A DNA stretch of 22,089 bases from Fidelibacterota bacterium (GCA_049975265.1 JBNGDF010000034.1:1-22089), one strand, 5' to 3'; positions 1 to 10,431 are shown, counted from the stretch's first letter. Numbers and translations: made by a program. The notes: generated by a model from the letters alone, not told the origin.

Positions 1-29
1 TATCCTGTTATCCTGTCCACCAGGCAATT

Positions 30-1853
30 TCATTTACCCTGCTGTTTGATCTCCTGAATCTGTTTGCGGATATCCTGGCGCTTTTTCTGTAATTTCGCAA
101 GTTCCAGGACCAGCGTCGTGGTCTCCTCGCCACGCTTTTCCGCATCCTTGATCGATGTGCGTACGTCACGGATTGACTTCTCCATCTGGTCGGTCATCAG
201 CACCGTCATACAGTCGACGATCAGCTTCCTGATTTCCCCGTCTTCGAGGTAATCAGCCGCCGATTCGGACTCGATAATCAGTCGGGACAGGTAGAGCGCC
301 GTCGTGGGGTCCCACTCCCGGTCATAGAGGTCCGCCGGGACAAGATTGCGGTCTGTCCGCAGCACTTCGTACAGCACGGCGGCGATGGTGGCAAATTCCG
401 GATGCTTGTAGGCATTCAAAGGAATATTATTTAATATAAATTTCACCGGTTCATCCAGCCCGGTCAGCAGCAGCTTCAGCAGCTCGTATTCCGCCTTTTC
501 CATGGCGGTTGAGATATGAATGGTGGTTTCCCGACCGGCTGTCTCTTGCGCGGTTCCACCCTTTTTGCGCCGGTAAATATTGCGAATCTGTGCCTGAATG
601 CGCTCCTCTTTCAGGTTCAGTTCTTCCGCCAGTTCTTTTACAATAAAATCCCGGGTCACCGGATGAATGACCTCACTGATCTCCTGAATCAGGTTTTCCA
701 CAAAGCGGGATTTGGTTGCCGGAGTTGTCAACTCCTGTTGATTGGCATTCAGATAATAATTGATGAAGGGCAGGCTCTCCCGGTGCAGTTTCTCAAACGC
801 TTTTACTCCCTTTTTCTGCAGGAAAGAATCGGGGTCCTCAGCGGCTGGAAGCCTGACGACGCGGACATCAAAGCCCTCTTTCAGCAACATGAATCCGGCA
901 CGGTCGGTGGCTTTCTGTCCGGCTTCATCGCCGTCGTAGCATAAAACGGCATTACTGGTAAAGCGCTTTAAGGCTCGGGCGTGATGATGATTGAGCGCCG
1001 TACCGGAGCCGGCGACCACGTTTTTGATTCCGGCAGAGTAGAAGCGCAGAAAATCGGTATAGCCTTCCACGATAAGCGCCTCATCTTCCTGCTGAATCGC
1101 CGTTTTTGAATGTTCCAGACCGTAGAGCGTACCGCTTTTGAAATAGATCGGCGTTTCCGGCGAATTCATGTATTTGGCGGTCTCCTGCGGGTCCATGGTA
1201 CGCCCGCCAAATGCGACGATCCGACCGGATATATTGCAGATGGGGAACATGATGCGATTGCGGAAGCGATCGAGAAAACGATCATCTTTTTTAATAAAGA
1301 GACCCGATTTGTCGAGAATACCGGAGCGGAATTTTTTGCGGTCGATCTGCCCGATCAGTCCGTTCCAGTCGTCGGGGGCAAAGCCGATATTAAAATGCTG
1401 CAGAACTGTTTTATCAAAGCCTCTCTCCAGCAGATAGTCCAGCGCCGGTTCACCAACGGTATCGTTGAGACATTTGCGGTAATAATCGCGGGCGAATTCG
1501 TGAATTTCATAAAGCAGAGCGGTTTCGCCCTTCTGAAGGTCATCCTCATCGCTGCCTTCCCACTGAATTTCAATGCCGTAGCGGTCTGCCAGTCGTTTCA
1601 GCGCTTCCACATAGCCTATGTCTTCATATTCCATGATAAAGGTTATGGCGTTGCCGCCCTTGCCACAGCCGAAACAGTGGAAGATGCCCTTGGCGGGATT
1701 AACGCTGAAAGAGGGGGTTTTTTCATCATGGAAGGGGCAGAGCCCGAAGTAGTTGCGACCGCGCTGTTTTAGTTGCACCACGTCGGAAACCACGTCCAGG
1801 ATATCGGCGCGGTTTTTGATTTGCTCAACAATATTGGTCGGGATACGCGCCAT
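30..1853 (-). CDS. dnaG: DNA primase
   Basis: CHC2 zinc finger (CPFHDEKTPSF...CFGCG), catalytic core (FRNRIMFPI, FGGR, KYMNSPET), TOPRIM (VEGYTD, CYDGDEAG, DPD), C-terminal helical domain. Confidence 0.98.
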   Translation of the reverse strand: MARIPTNIVEQIKNRADILDVVSDVVQLKQRGRNYFGLCPFHDEKTPSFSVNPAKGIFHCFGCGKGGNAITFIMEYEDIGYVEALKRLADRYGIEIQWEGSDEDDLQKGETALLYEIHEFARDYYRKCLNDTVGEPALDYLLERGFDKTVLQHFNIGFAPDDWNGLIGQIDRKKFRSGILDKSGLFIKKDDRFLDRFRNRIMFPICNISGRIVAFGGRTMDPQETAKYMNSPETPIYFKSGTLYGLEHSKTAIQQEDEALIVEGYTDFLRFYSAGIKNVVAGSGTALNHHHARALKRFTSNAVLCYDGDEAGQKATDRAGFMLLKEGFDVRVVRLPAAEDPDSFLQKKGVKAFEKLHRESLPFINYYLNANQQELTTPATKSRFVENLIQEISEVIHPVTRDFIVKELAEELNLKEERIQAQIRNIYRRKKGGTAQETAGRETTIHISTAMEKAEYELLKLLLTGLDEPVKFILNNIPLNAYKHPEFATIAAVLYEVLRTDRNLVPADLYDREWDPTTALYLSRLIIESESAADYLEDGEIRKLIVDCMTVLMTDQMEKSIRDVRTSIKDAEKRGEETTTLVLELAKLQKKRQDIRKQIQEIKQQGK

Positions 1854-4196
1854 TTACAGCTCCACGACGGTTACGCCGGTTCCTCCCTGATCGAAATTCT
1901 CAAAGTAAAATTTACGGATACCGGGAGTGCTTTTCAACACATCGTGCGTCATTTTTTGAAGGGCTCCGGTCCCCTTGCCGTGAATAATCTGAACCTGTTT
2001 CAAGCCTGCCAGCAGTACCCGGTCCACATATCGTTCCAGTTCATCCCGGGCTTCATCAAGGCGTTTCCCGCGCAAATCCAGCCTGGCGGAGGGTACGCTT
2101 TCCGTCTGTACTGTTATTCCGGATGAATCGGATGTTTCCGCCTTGCTCTCCGGCACCGCTTCCAGGGAATCGAGAGAAACCCAGACCGTTTTGTCATTAA
2201 TGTCAACGGCTGCCCGCGGCTTGTCATGCGGCAGCTCGGCAATCCGACCGACGCCGCTGATCCCCGCCACTCGAACAGCATTACCGACGGAAAAACTTTT
2301 AGCAGGCGCACGTTGCGGTGGAGCTTTGCGAGGCTGTTTTTTGCGGGCGGTAGTCTGAATATTTTCTAGGGTTTTCCGGGCTTGCACAATCGTCTCCCGG
2401 GAAGCCCCCTTTTCCCGAATAGCTTTCACAGCATGCTCGATTTCCGAACGGGATTTCGCCACAAGACGTTCCAACTCCTCGGCAATCTGCTCATCCAGCG
2501 CTTCATGTCTTGTCCGAACCGCCGCCAGTTTCTCCTCGTACTCAGCAATTAATTTGTCCAGTGTTTTCTTATTCCGCTCTACGGAGCGGTTCTCCTTCTC
2601 GATCCGGCTTTTGAGGGTTTCAATCTCCAGCAGCAGGTGTTCCAATTTCACCTGATCGGCGCCCATGAGATCCCGGGCGCGTCTGACGACACTATCATCC
2701 AGTCCGATGCGTCTGGAAATCTCCAGAGCGTAACTGCTGCCCGGCAGACCCAGCCGGAAGCGATACGTCGGCTGGAGTTCATCGGAATCAAACTCCATGG
2801 CGGCGTTCATGACATGGGGTGCCTGATCGGCATAGGCTTTCAAACCGCTGTGGTGGGTCGTAACCACCGTAAAACTGCCACGCCGAACCAGCGCTTCCAA
2901 TACGGCGCGCCCCAGTGCAGCACCTTCAAGGGGGTCGGTTCCGGTTCCCAGTTCATCGATCAACACCAGCGATTGCGGGGTCGCTTCAGCAAGGATAGTC
3001 TTCAGATTGGCGACGTGGGATGTAAAGGTGGAGAGATCGTTTTCGATGGATTGCTGATCGCCAATATCCATTAACACCGTATCGAACCAGGGAATCCGGC
3101 TGCCGTCATCCACAGGTACCGGCAGTCCATGACGGACCATCAGACTCAGCAAACCGATGGTTTTCATAGCGACCGTCTTACCGCCGGCATTCGGTCCGGT
3201 AATGATGATACAGGTGATCCCTTCCGGGATCCTGACATTCAGAGGTACTACCTCCTTGCTCAGAGTCAGCAGCGGATGTCGCGCGCCGCGCAGGTCCAGA
3301 TTCCTCCGTTCAGTGGAAATGTCCGGTACAGAACAGCGAAAGCGTTTCGCGAATGCGGCACCGGCGTTCAGCGAGTCCAATTCAATCAGTATATCAATGT
3401 CATTACGAATATCGTCAAATTTCGGTCGCAGCTCGGCGGTGATCTGCTGCAGGATTCGGATAATCTCTTCTTGTTCGGCAATTTCCAGCTCTTTCAGGGT
3501 ATTGTTAATTTCCACAATCACCAGCGGCTCCACATAGGCGGTGGCACCTGTCGCCGATTGCCCATGGATGATGCCCTGAATCTTACGCTTACTTTCGCTG
3601 CGCAGCGGTAATACAAAACGACCATCCCGGATCGTCGGATTTTCTTCATGGAGCCAGTGTTCCCGGCGAGCCTGGTCCATCACCCGCTCCACTTCCCGGT
3701 TCAGGCGGGTCACAGTCAGCCGGATTTGTCGGCGAATCCGCGACAATTCAGGACTGGCTGTGTCTTTGAATTCGCCATCCTCCCGGATAATCCGTTGAAT
3801 CCGCGCCGTTTCCCGGTCCATCGGGTCGAGAGATTCAAAAAAATTGAACAGGGGCTCCAGAGTCTCCCGATTCTTTTTATAATAACCGTTCAGCTCTTTG
3901 CATTGCTGAACAATGAAAAGAATATCCAGGAGTGTTTCGGAGAGGAGATAGCTGCCCGCCACCCGGCAGCGTTGCAGTTCGCCGCGAATGTCCATGAAAC
4001 GGCGCAGCGGCAGCGGACTACCCTTTTCCGCCGATATTTGTAAGGACTGAATCTGTTCGAACCGGTGTAAAACCGTCGCCGGCTGCTCGAAAGGTTCGGT
4101 CTGCAGGATTTTCTCCCGGGTACAATCAGAGACGGCTCGTTCGGCAACCAGCTCCAAAACACGCGGCAGTCCCAGGTTTTCTGTAACGGCACTCAC
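1854..4196 (-). CDS. mutS2: Endonuclease MutS2 (MutS ATPase, coiled coil, C-terminal Smr domain)
   Basis: Walker A GPNAGGKT, DIGDQQSIENDLSTF, LIDELGTGTDP, TTHH, GLPGSSYALEI, Smr LDLRG...IIHGKGTGAL; GTG start overlaps the cvpA stop (GTGA). Confidence 0.96.
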   Translation of the reverse strand: MSAVTENLGLPRVLELVAERAVSDCTREKILQTEPFEQPATVLHRFEQIQSLQISAEKGSPLPLRRFMDIRGELQRCRVAGSYLLSETLLDILFIVQQCKELNGYYKKNRETLEPLFNFFESLDPMDRETARIQRIIREDGEFKDTASPELSRIRRQIRLTVTRLNREVERVMDQARREHWLHEENPTIRDGRFVLPLRSESKRKIQGIIHGQSATGATAYVEPLVIVEINNTLKELEIAEQEEIIRILQQITAELRPKFDDIRNDIDILIELDSLNAGAAFAKRFRCSVPDISTERRNLDLRGARHPLLTLSKEVVPLNVRIPEGITCIIITGPNAGGKTVAMKTIGLLSLMVRHGLPVPVDDGSRIPWFDTVLMDIGDQQSIENDLSTFTSHVANLKTILAEATPQSLVLIDELGTGTDPLEGAALGRAVLEALVRRGSFTVVTTHHSGLKAYADQAPHVMNAAMEFDSDELQPTYRFRLGLPGSSYALEISRRIGLDDSVVRRARDLMGADQVKLEHLLLEIETLKSRIEKENRSVERNKKTLDKLIAEYEEKLAAVRTRHEALDEQIAEELERLVAKSRSEIEHAVKAIREKGASRETIVQARKTLENIQTTARKKQPRKAPPQRAPAKSFSVGNAVRVAGISGVGRIAELPHDKPRAAVDINDKTVWVSLDSLEAVPESKAETSDSSGITVQTESVPSARLDLRGKRLDEARDELERYVDRVLLAGLKQVQIIHGKGTGALQKMTHDVLKSTPGIRKFYFENFDQGGTGVTVVEL

Positions 4197-4819
4197 GGTG
4201 TGGCTCGCCGAGTGGATGTTTGTGAGTCAATATATTCCAGGCGATGTCCCAGAGAATCAGGCATACCCGGCAACGGCACAGGCAGCGGCGTTTCCATGCG
4301 GAAAATCCCCCGGATGCTTTCCTGAAGAGCAGCCGCCTTGTCCTGCAGACCAAGGGTCTTCAGCAGGATGTCTTCGGTTTCATCCAGATAGATATACGTC
4401 GGTGAGGAGCTTGCCAGTTTGTCGATAACAGCCGTGCCGGAGAAGATTCCGAAGCACCAGGTCACGATCGCCATGATCAGAATCCCTTTCAGCGCTCCGA
4501 AACCGAGCCCGCTGAGACGGTCCAGCCAGATCAGTTTCAGGCGGCTGACAATGCGTTTCAGGATCGATGAGAGCAGCTGTACCGCGAGATAGACAATCAG
4601 AAATATGATGATAAATCCCGCCACCGTCAAAACACCTTCGGAAAGATTGAAGATATACTGAATGAGCCGCACGCCCAGACCGTAAAACCGGACTGCCAGG
4701 ATCGCCGCCAGGATCATTCCGATCAGTTTCAATGCCTCTTCGATCAGTCCGCGGCGCAAACCGATCAGTCCCAGTACTCCGATGAGGATGATTGCCACCA
4801 GATCAAAGAGGGTATACAT
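4193..4819 (-). CDS. cvpA: CvpA (colicin V production) family membrane protein
   Basis: D-x-I start, GLRRGLIEE, about four hydrophobic segments, LDRLSGLGFGALKG motif; typical position upstream of mutS2. Confidence 0.9.
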   Translation of the reverse strand: MYTLFDLVAIILIGVLGLIGLRRGLIEEALKLIGMILAAILAVRFYGLGVRLIQYIFNLSEGVLTVAGFIIIFLIVYLAVQLLSSILKRIVSRLKLIWLDRLSGLGFGALKGILIMAIVTWCFGIFSGTAVIDKLASSSPTYIYLDETEDILLKTLGLQDKAAALQESIRGIFRMETPLPVPLPGMPDSLGHRLEYIDSQTSTRRATP

Positions 4820-4829
4820 CCATCATCCT

Positions 4830-5273
4830 TCAGGATAACTTTGCCCGAACCATCGCCTGAACCTGCGAACCGTCGGCGCGCCCCTTGACCTGTTGCATGA
4901 TTTTCGGCATGACCTTGCCGATCTCTTTCAGGGAGGCGGCTCCGGTTTCAGCGATGACAGCATCGACAATCTTCTCCAGTTCATCAATCCCGAGGGCTTT
5001 TGGCAGATACTCCGTAATGATCGCCAACTCCGCCTCTTCCTGCCGAACGAGGTCATCCCGACCGCCGTCGGTATAGGCTTTGATCGCTTCACGGCGCTGT
5101 TTGGCGGCATTGTTCAGCACTCCAATAATATCGTTATCATCAAGGGTCTTTTTCTGATCGATTTCCAGTTTGCGGATCGTACTCCATAAAAGGCGGAGCA
5201 CACCGGTGCGGCGTTCGTCCCTGGTTTTCATCGCCGCCACCATATCCTTCTGAAATGTTTCCCTGAGATTCAT
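4830..5273 (-). CDS. yqeY: GatB/YqeY domain protein
   Basis: DMVAAMK, KQRREAI..Y..GGRDDL...E.AE..II.EYLP, GKVM...KGRADG; strong SD AGGAGG upstream. Confidence 0.93.
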   Translation of the reverse strand: MNLRETFQKDMVAAMKTRDERRTGVLRLLWSTIRKLEIDQKKTLDDNDIIGVLNNAAKQRREAIKAYTDGGRDDLVRQEEAELAIITEYLPKALGIDELEKIVDAVIAETGAASLKEIGKVMPKIMQQVKGRADGSQVQAMVRAKLS

Positions 5274-5290
5274 CGATTCCTCCTGTAATT

Positions 5291-6052
5291 TTACGATAGC
5301 GTTGCCGCCAGCATCATGCGTCCGCTGCGTTGTCCGTCACGGCGGTAACTGAAAAAGAGCTCTTTTTCACAATAGGTACAGCGGTGGCATGTATCAATAT
5401 TCTGTTCCGTCACGCCGGATTTGACCAGGCGGTTTTCAATTGCTCCAACCAGATCCAGAAAGAGCCCCCCCTCTCTCCGGATCACGAACCCGCCGGAAAA
5501 GTGACAGGCGACATCCTCCTGAATTTCGTAGCAGCAGGAGCGGAGCGCCGGTCCGATGGCGGCATAGATTGAGGTTGTTCGTGAAGAGTAAGCGGCAGTC
5601 AGTCTGGCGATCGCCTCTTCAACGATATTTTTTACGACGCTGCGCCAACCGCAGTGAATCACAGCCAGAACCTTTTGCACGGGATCAAAAAGCAGGAGCG
5701 GAACGCAGTCGGCAGTTTTAATCGCCAGAACGATATTCTTTTCCGTTGTGATTAATCCATCGCAGGCATCATACAGACCGGGGCGTTCAACAGTGGTTAT
5801 ACTCCGTCTATGCACCTGTCTGCCACAAGCCAGCCGCTCCGGATCGGCGTCCAGTGTCGCCAAAAAGCGCCGACGGTTTTCACGGACATTTTCCGCGGCA
5901 TCACCGGTACTGTATCCCAGATTCAGACTGTCCCAGGGCGCCGGACTGACGCCACCTTTACGTGAACTGAAAGCATGTCGCAGATATCCCCACGAATTCA
6001 TCAGTGACGATTGCAAGATAAGCAGATTGTCCGTATGAACGACATCCAGCAT
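5291..6052 (-). CDS. pgeF: PgeF/YfiH (laccase-domain) peptidoglycan editing factor / purine nucleoside phosphorylase
   Basis: FSSRKGGVS, SLNLG, QVH, CDGLIT, TADCVPLL, IHCGWR, AIGPA..CCYE, CTYC...FFSYRR. Confidence 0.93.
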   Translation of the reverse strand: MLDVVHTDNLLILQSSLMNSWGYLRHAFSSRKGGVSPAPWDSLNLGYSTGDAAENVRENRRRFLATLDADPERLACGRQVHRRSITTVERPGLYDACDGLITTEKNIVLAIKTADCVPLLLFDPVQKVLAVIHCGWRSVVKNIVEEAIARLTAAYSSRTTSIYAAIGPALRSCCYEIQEDVACHFSGGFVIRREGGLFLDLVGAIENRLVKSGVTEQNIDTCHRCTYCEKELFFSYRRDGQRSGRMMLAATLS

Positions 6053-6054
6053 GC

Positions 6055-8091
6055 TTATCGTTGAGGTGTATAGGATGTCAGATCACCGTTTTCGATCACG
6101 GCGACCGGTCTGACTTCCTCGCCTTGCAGCATTAAAATAAAGGCACAGGAGTTGACGCGGGGACGATTGCCTTTAAATGAGATATTTCGGCAGATACCGC
6201 GATAGGTCGGCATCTGCATCAACTTTTTCCGGATGGTCTCCCGGGATGTATCGCTGCCATCGAAAACCGAGAGCAACGCCCGCATCGTGTCGTAGCCGTA
6301 CAGCTCAAAGCGTCCCGGTGGGGTACCGATCAGATGGCTGTAATTCCGTTCAAAGGTTTTGTAATAAGCGCTGTTTCTATCGTAGTAATAATCCGAAATA
6401 AAAATCAGCTGTCGGGCAATGGCAGGATGTTTTCTCAGCATCTCTGCATCATTCCAGTTGGCACTCCCGAGAATTTTCGCACTCAGATTATAATATTCGA
6501 TCTGGGGAATCAACATTTCCAATTCGCTGGCGTAGGCGGGAATCAGCAGACCGTCGATGGCACTGATCCGAAATTCAAGGGAATCCTCCTCTGGAATTAC
6601 AAATTCTGTAGAGTCCATGATGCCGGTTAAAATCAGCGCCTGCTGCAGATCGGTCACATAGACCGAATCGGTGGTAAAGATACGGTACTGATCGCCGTAA
6701 ATATCCACATATATGCTGTCGGATAACCAGAGGCTGTCGGAAGCGGTCAGACGCAGCAGTTTTTGTCTGCCGGCTTCCATTTTTTCATCCAGGAGCCGGT
6801 GAACGATGTCGAGACCCGCCAGGCGAATATTGGAAAACTGGTACTTGAGCTCTTCGGGTTTGCCGTGATACCATTGCTGGGACACCACATACCCTCCCCG
6901 CTCATCAATCGTCCGGCAAAAGGCATCGGTCATCTCTTTGCCAAATTCATCGGCGGGAGAGAGGGACGCAACGGTTTTAATGGCGGCAATTTCATCGGCA
7001 TAAATTCCGAAGAAGCGACCCAGATTTTCGAAATCCACATTAGCCTGGAAGATGTAGGGACCCAGCGAATTGATCTCGCTGCTGGTGGCAGTGGGGGTAA
7101 TCTGCGGCACTTTACGCTGATTGGTCACGGCGGCGACGGCAATCGTATTGTCGGTGTTGACCGGACCGATAATTGCTTTCACTTTCGGATTATTGCAGAG
7201 ATATTCGACCTTTTTAATACTTTCCACCACTTCGCCGCGGTTATCCATGGCGATGACGGCGATGTCCTTGACATTGTAGGCGCGATACTGATGCAGAGCA
7301 TAGCGGATACCGTCCAGGATACTTTTCCCCAGTGACTTCATGGGTCCACTGAGGGGCAGGATCACGCCGATATAGATTTTTTCCTGGGCGCGGTTACGCA
7401 GGCGCTCACTGGTTTTGACATATTCATTGGCAAAATAGGAACCCCGGATCATCCCGCGGACGCCCCGCAATTCCTTCTCTGCCTGGCGGGTATTTCCCTC
7501 CAGATGATATTTTTCCACCATTTTCAGAGTCAGAAACAGTTTATGAAAATCTTCATGCGTGTTTTCAATAATGGAAACCAGCTGTTCGGTGCTGATGAAC
7601 AGATCGATAATGGTTTCCAGGGTCTGTTTACTCAGGTAACGCAACCGCTCTTCGTCGGTTTTCTGCATGACATTCAAATAGTGAAAAATCGATTCGCTGT
7701 ACTGCCCTTTCATCAGGTAGGCTTCGCCCAGGGTATATTCGGCATCATCCAGATATTTTGAATCGGTGTTGAGCAGCACAAATTCCCGGCCCAGCTGAAT
7801 CGCCTGATCCAGATTGCCCAGGCGCAAATAGGTTTTCATCAGCATCAGACCGGACGCCGTCAGCAGATGGTTTTGCGACTCCGGAATACCGTTCACCTGT
7901 TCAAAGATATTCAAGGCATCCCAGTAGCGCTCGTGATTATAGTAGCGGACACCTTCCTGAAACAGTACTTTCAGAGAATCCACCGGCTCATACAGACTGC
8001 TGTCGGGGGTCATATCCACAAACTGGGACAGAGCACCATTTATGGACATCACGAAAACGATTACTATTTTTACAAAATTTATTTTGCGCAT
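6055..8091 (-). CDS. Exported TPR-repeat plus type I periplasmic-binding-fold protein (LpoA/LppC-like or ABC substrate-binding-like)
   Basis: Start reassigned to ATG 8091 (MRKINF..., signal-peptide-like, removes the guaA overlap). N-terminal TPR-like helices; then IGVILPLSG, AIIGPV, ITPTAT, ILGSANW and YGYD typical of Leu/Ile/Val-binding-type folds. Confidence 0.75.
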   Translation of the reverse strand: MRKINFVKIVIVFVMSINGALSQFVDMTPDSSLYEPVDSLKVLFQEGVRYYNHERYWDALNIFEQVNGIPESQNHLLTASGLMLMKTYLRLGNLDQAIQLGREFVLLNTDSKYLDDAEYTLGEAYLMKGQYSESIFHYLNVMQKTDEERLRYLSKQTLETIIDLFISTEQLVSIIENTHEDFHKLFLTLKMVEKYHLEGNTRQAEKELRGVRGMIRGSYFANEYVKTSERLRNRAQEKIYIGVILPLSGPMKSLGKSILDGIRYALHQYRAYNVKDIAVIAMDNRGEVVESIKKVEYLCNNPKVKAIIGPVNTDNTIAVAAVTNQRKVPQITPTATSSEINSLGPYIFQANVDFENLGRFFGIYADEIAAIKTVASLSPADEFGKEMTDAFCRTIDERGGYVVSQQWYHGKPEELKYQFSNIRLAGLDIVHRLLDEKMEAGRQKLLRLTASDSLWLSDSIYVDIYGDQYRIFTTDSVYVTDLQQALILTGIMDSTEFVIPEEDSLEFRISAIDGLLIPAYASELEMLIPQIEYYNLSAKILGSANWNDAEMLRKHPAIARQLIFISDYYYDRNSAYYKTFERNYSHLIGTPPGRFELYGYDTMRALLSVFDGSDTSRETIRKKLMQMPTYRGICRNISFKGNRPRVNSCAFILMLQGEEVRPVAVIENGDLTSYTPQR

Positions 8092-8107
8092 ATCGAAAAA
8101 TCCGTCA

Positions 8108-9655
8108 CTATTCCCACTCAATCGTTCCGGGCGGCTTTGAGGTGATATCATACACCACCCGGTTGACGCCGCGAACCTCATTGACAACGCGGTTGGCTAT
8201 CCGGCTCAGAACAGCGTGTGGCAGCGGTGACCAGTCGGCGGTCATCCCGTCGCTGCTGTTCACCGCCCGCAGCGCGATGACATTTTCATAGGTTCGCTGG
8301 TCGCCCATCACCCCGACGGTTTTTACCGGAATGAGTACCGCAAAGGCTTGCCAGACCCGGTTGTATTCAGCAGATTTCCACAGCTCGTCAATGAAGATGG
8401 CGTCGGCTTTTCGCAGAATAGCCAGTCGGTAGGCTGTAACCTCACCGATAATCCGCACCGCCAGTCCCGGACCCGGAAAGGGGTGGCGATTCAGGATCTC
8501 CTCCGGTAACCCCAGCTCCCGTCCGATGTTGCGCACCTCATCTTTGAAAAGACTGTTAAAGGGTTCGATCAGGCGCAGCTGCATGCGGGCTGGCAAACCG
8601 CCGACATTATGGTGGCTTTTTATAACCCGTGACGGACCGTTAACCGAGCGGCTCTCAATCACGTCGGGATAGAGCGTACCCTGGGCTAAAAATGAGAGGT
8701 CGCTGTAGCGACCGGCAATCTCCTCGAAAGCCTTGATAAACTGATGTCCGATAATCTTGCGCTTGCGTTCCGGATGTTTGATCCCTTTCAGAGCGGTCAG
8801 AAATTGACGGGAATAGTCATACTTCCGGATTGGTAGTCCCATTTTCTTCAATTTACGGATTACCTCGAAAGGTTCGTTTTTTCGCAGAACACCGCTATTA
8901 ATAAAGACCGGTACACATTGAGTGCCGATCGCCCGGTATATCAACATTCCCATCACCGACGAATCCACCCCACCACTGAGCGCCATCAGCACCTTACCGC
9001 TACCCACCTGCTGACGAATCTGAGCCGTCGTCTGTCTGATGAAATGCTCCGGGGTCCAGTCCGGCTTCAGCCTGGCGATTCTGAAGAGAAAATTTGCCAA
9101 AATCTGCTCGCCTTTTTCCGTATGCTTCACTTCCGGATGAAATTGCAATCCAAACAGCGGTTTTTCCCGATGTTCGAGAGCTGCCGGAGCATTATTTTCG
9201 GACAGGGCGATCACTTCAAAACCGGCAGGGATACTATCCACATGATCACCGTGACTCATCCAGACAGTAGTCCCCTCTGTCACCTTGTCAAAGAGTGCCG
9301 AATCCCGTTTTAGATGGATGCGGCTGCGCCCGTATTCCCGATGATTGTCGCTGTGAACCCGGGCACCGAAATGTTTCGCCATTAATTGCAGACCGTAGCA
9401 GATTCCCAGCACCGGAATTCCCGGTTGGAAAATGTCCGGATCGATATCCGGCGCCTGGCTTTCATAGACACTGGAAGGACCACCTGACAGAACCAAGGCG
9501 GTGACCCGGTTCGCCGTCAGGTCCGGAGGGGTAATATCCTGAGGCAGAACGATCTCCGAATAGACAGACAATTCGCGGATTCGCCGCGCGATCAGCTGGG
9601 TATACTGCGACCCGAAATCCACGATCCAGACCTTGCCGGAATCCACCTTCACCAT
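8108..9655 (-). CDS. guaA: Glutamine-hydrolysing GMP synthase
   Basis: DFGSQYTQLIARR, GICYGLQ, QFHPEV, SGGVDSS, QGTLYPDVIES, KSHHNVGG, C-terminal KPPGTIEWE. Confidence 0.99.
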   Translation of the reverse strand: MVKVDSGKVWIVDFGSQYTQLIARRIRELSVYSEIVLPQDITPPDLTANRVTALVLSGGPSSVYESQAPDIDPDIFQPGIPVLGICYGLQLMAKHFGARVHSDNHREYGRSRIHLKRDSALFDKVTEGTTVWMSHGDHVDSIPAGFEVIALSENNAPAALEHREKPLFGLQFHPEVKHTEKGEQILANFLFRIARLKPDWTPEHFIRQTTAQIRQQVGSGKVLMALSGGVDSSVMGMLIYRAIGTQCVPVFINSGVLRKNEPFEVIRKLKKMGLPIRKYDYSRQFLTALKGIKHPERKRKIIGHQFIKAFEEIAGRYSDLSFLAQGTLYPDVIESRSVNGPSRVIKSHHNVGGLPARMQLRLIEPFNSLFKDEVRNIGRELGLPEEILNRHPFPGPGLAVRIIGEVTAYRLAILRKADAIFIDELWKSAEYNRVWQAFAVLIPVKTVGVMGDQRTYENVIALRAVNSSDGMTADWSPLPHAVLSRIANRVVNEVRGVNRVVYDITSKPPGTIEWE

Positions 9656-10431
9656 ATCATCTTCTCCGGTAATTTACTTCGTAGAGTGTCGATGTATTCA
9701 TAATTGGTCAAATCGTACTTGATCGGGGTGATGGATATGTAGCCGCGTTTAATCGCTTCATCATCGACAGATTCATCGTCATCCAGTTCCTCTTTCTTAC
9801 CGTCCATCCAGTAATATATCCGGTTACGGGGATCAATGCGCTTATCGAAGGTCTCGGCAAAGTTCGCCATGCCCTGTCGGGTGATTTTAACGCCGGCAAT
9901 TTCCGATTCGGGCAGGTCGGGTATATTGATATTCAGCAATGTCCGCTGGGGCAGACCGTTTTTCAGTACAAAATCCACCATCTTGACGGCAAAGCGGGCT
10001 GCCGGCTGGAAATCCGGTTCCTGATAGGTGGTCAGTGAGACCGCAATGGACGGAATGCCCAGAATCGTCCCTTCGGTAGCAGCCGAAACGGTACCGGAAT
10101 AGATGACATTGATCCCGGCATTGGAGCCGAGATTGATGCCGCTGACAACCATATCCGGACGGCGCTCCAGCAGAGCGCTAACGGCAATTTTGACACTGTC
10201 GGAAGGGGTTCCGGAGACGGCAAATCCTTCCCAGAAACCGGCTTTTTTAAACGTCGTGACCCGGATAGGATCGGACAGGGTAATGGCGTGACCCACGGCG
10301 CTCTTTTCACTATCGGGCGCCACAACAACAACCTCGGCTACCTTTCGTAATTCCTGCACCAGCGCATGAATACCCGGTGCGGCGATACCATCATCGTTGG
10401 TAACTAAAATATAGGGTTTAGTTTTTGGCAT
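9649..10431 (-). CDS. surE: 5'/3'-nucleotidase SurE
   Basis: LVTNDDG, GTPSD, SGINLGSN, YSGTVSAATEG, LNINIP, ISITP. Confidence 0.97.
   Translation of the reverse strand: MPKTKPYILVTNDDGIAAPGIHALVQELRKVAEVVVVAPDSEKSAVGHAITLSDPIRVTTFKKAGFWEGFAVSGTPSDSVKIAVSALLERRPDMVVSGINLGSNAGINVIYSGTVSAATEGTILGIPSIAVSLTTYQEPDFQPAARFAVKMVDFVLKNGLPQRTLLNINIPDLPESEIAGVKITRQGMANFAETFDKRIDPRNRIYYWMDGKKEELDDDESVDDEAIKRGYISITPIKYDLTNYEYIDTLRSKLPEKMIW

Noticed and set aside
1..16. TATCCTGT direct repeat (two copies)
   Set aside because: Too short and at the window edge; probably just the AGGA-containing ribosome-binding region of the next gene
1110..1772. 220-aa plus-strand ORF and the other short antisense or alternate-frame ORFs
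   Set aside because: Lie within well-supported minus-strand genes such as dnaG; codon-bias shadows
8092..8187. N-terminal 32 codons of the 710-aa ORF (TTG start)
   Set aside because: Overlaps the conserved guaA 3' end; a signal-peptide-like sequence begins at ATG 8091
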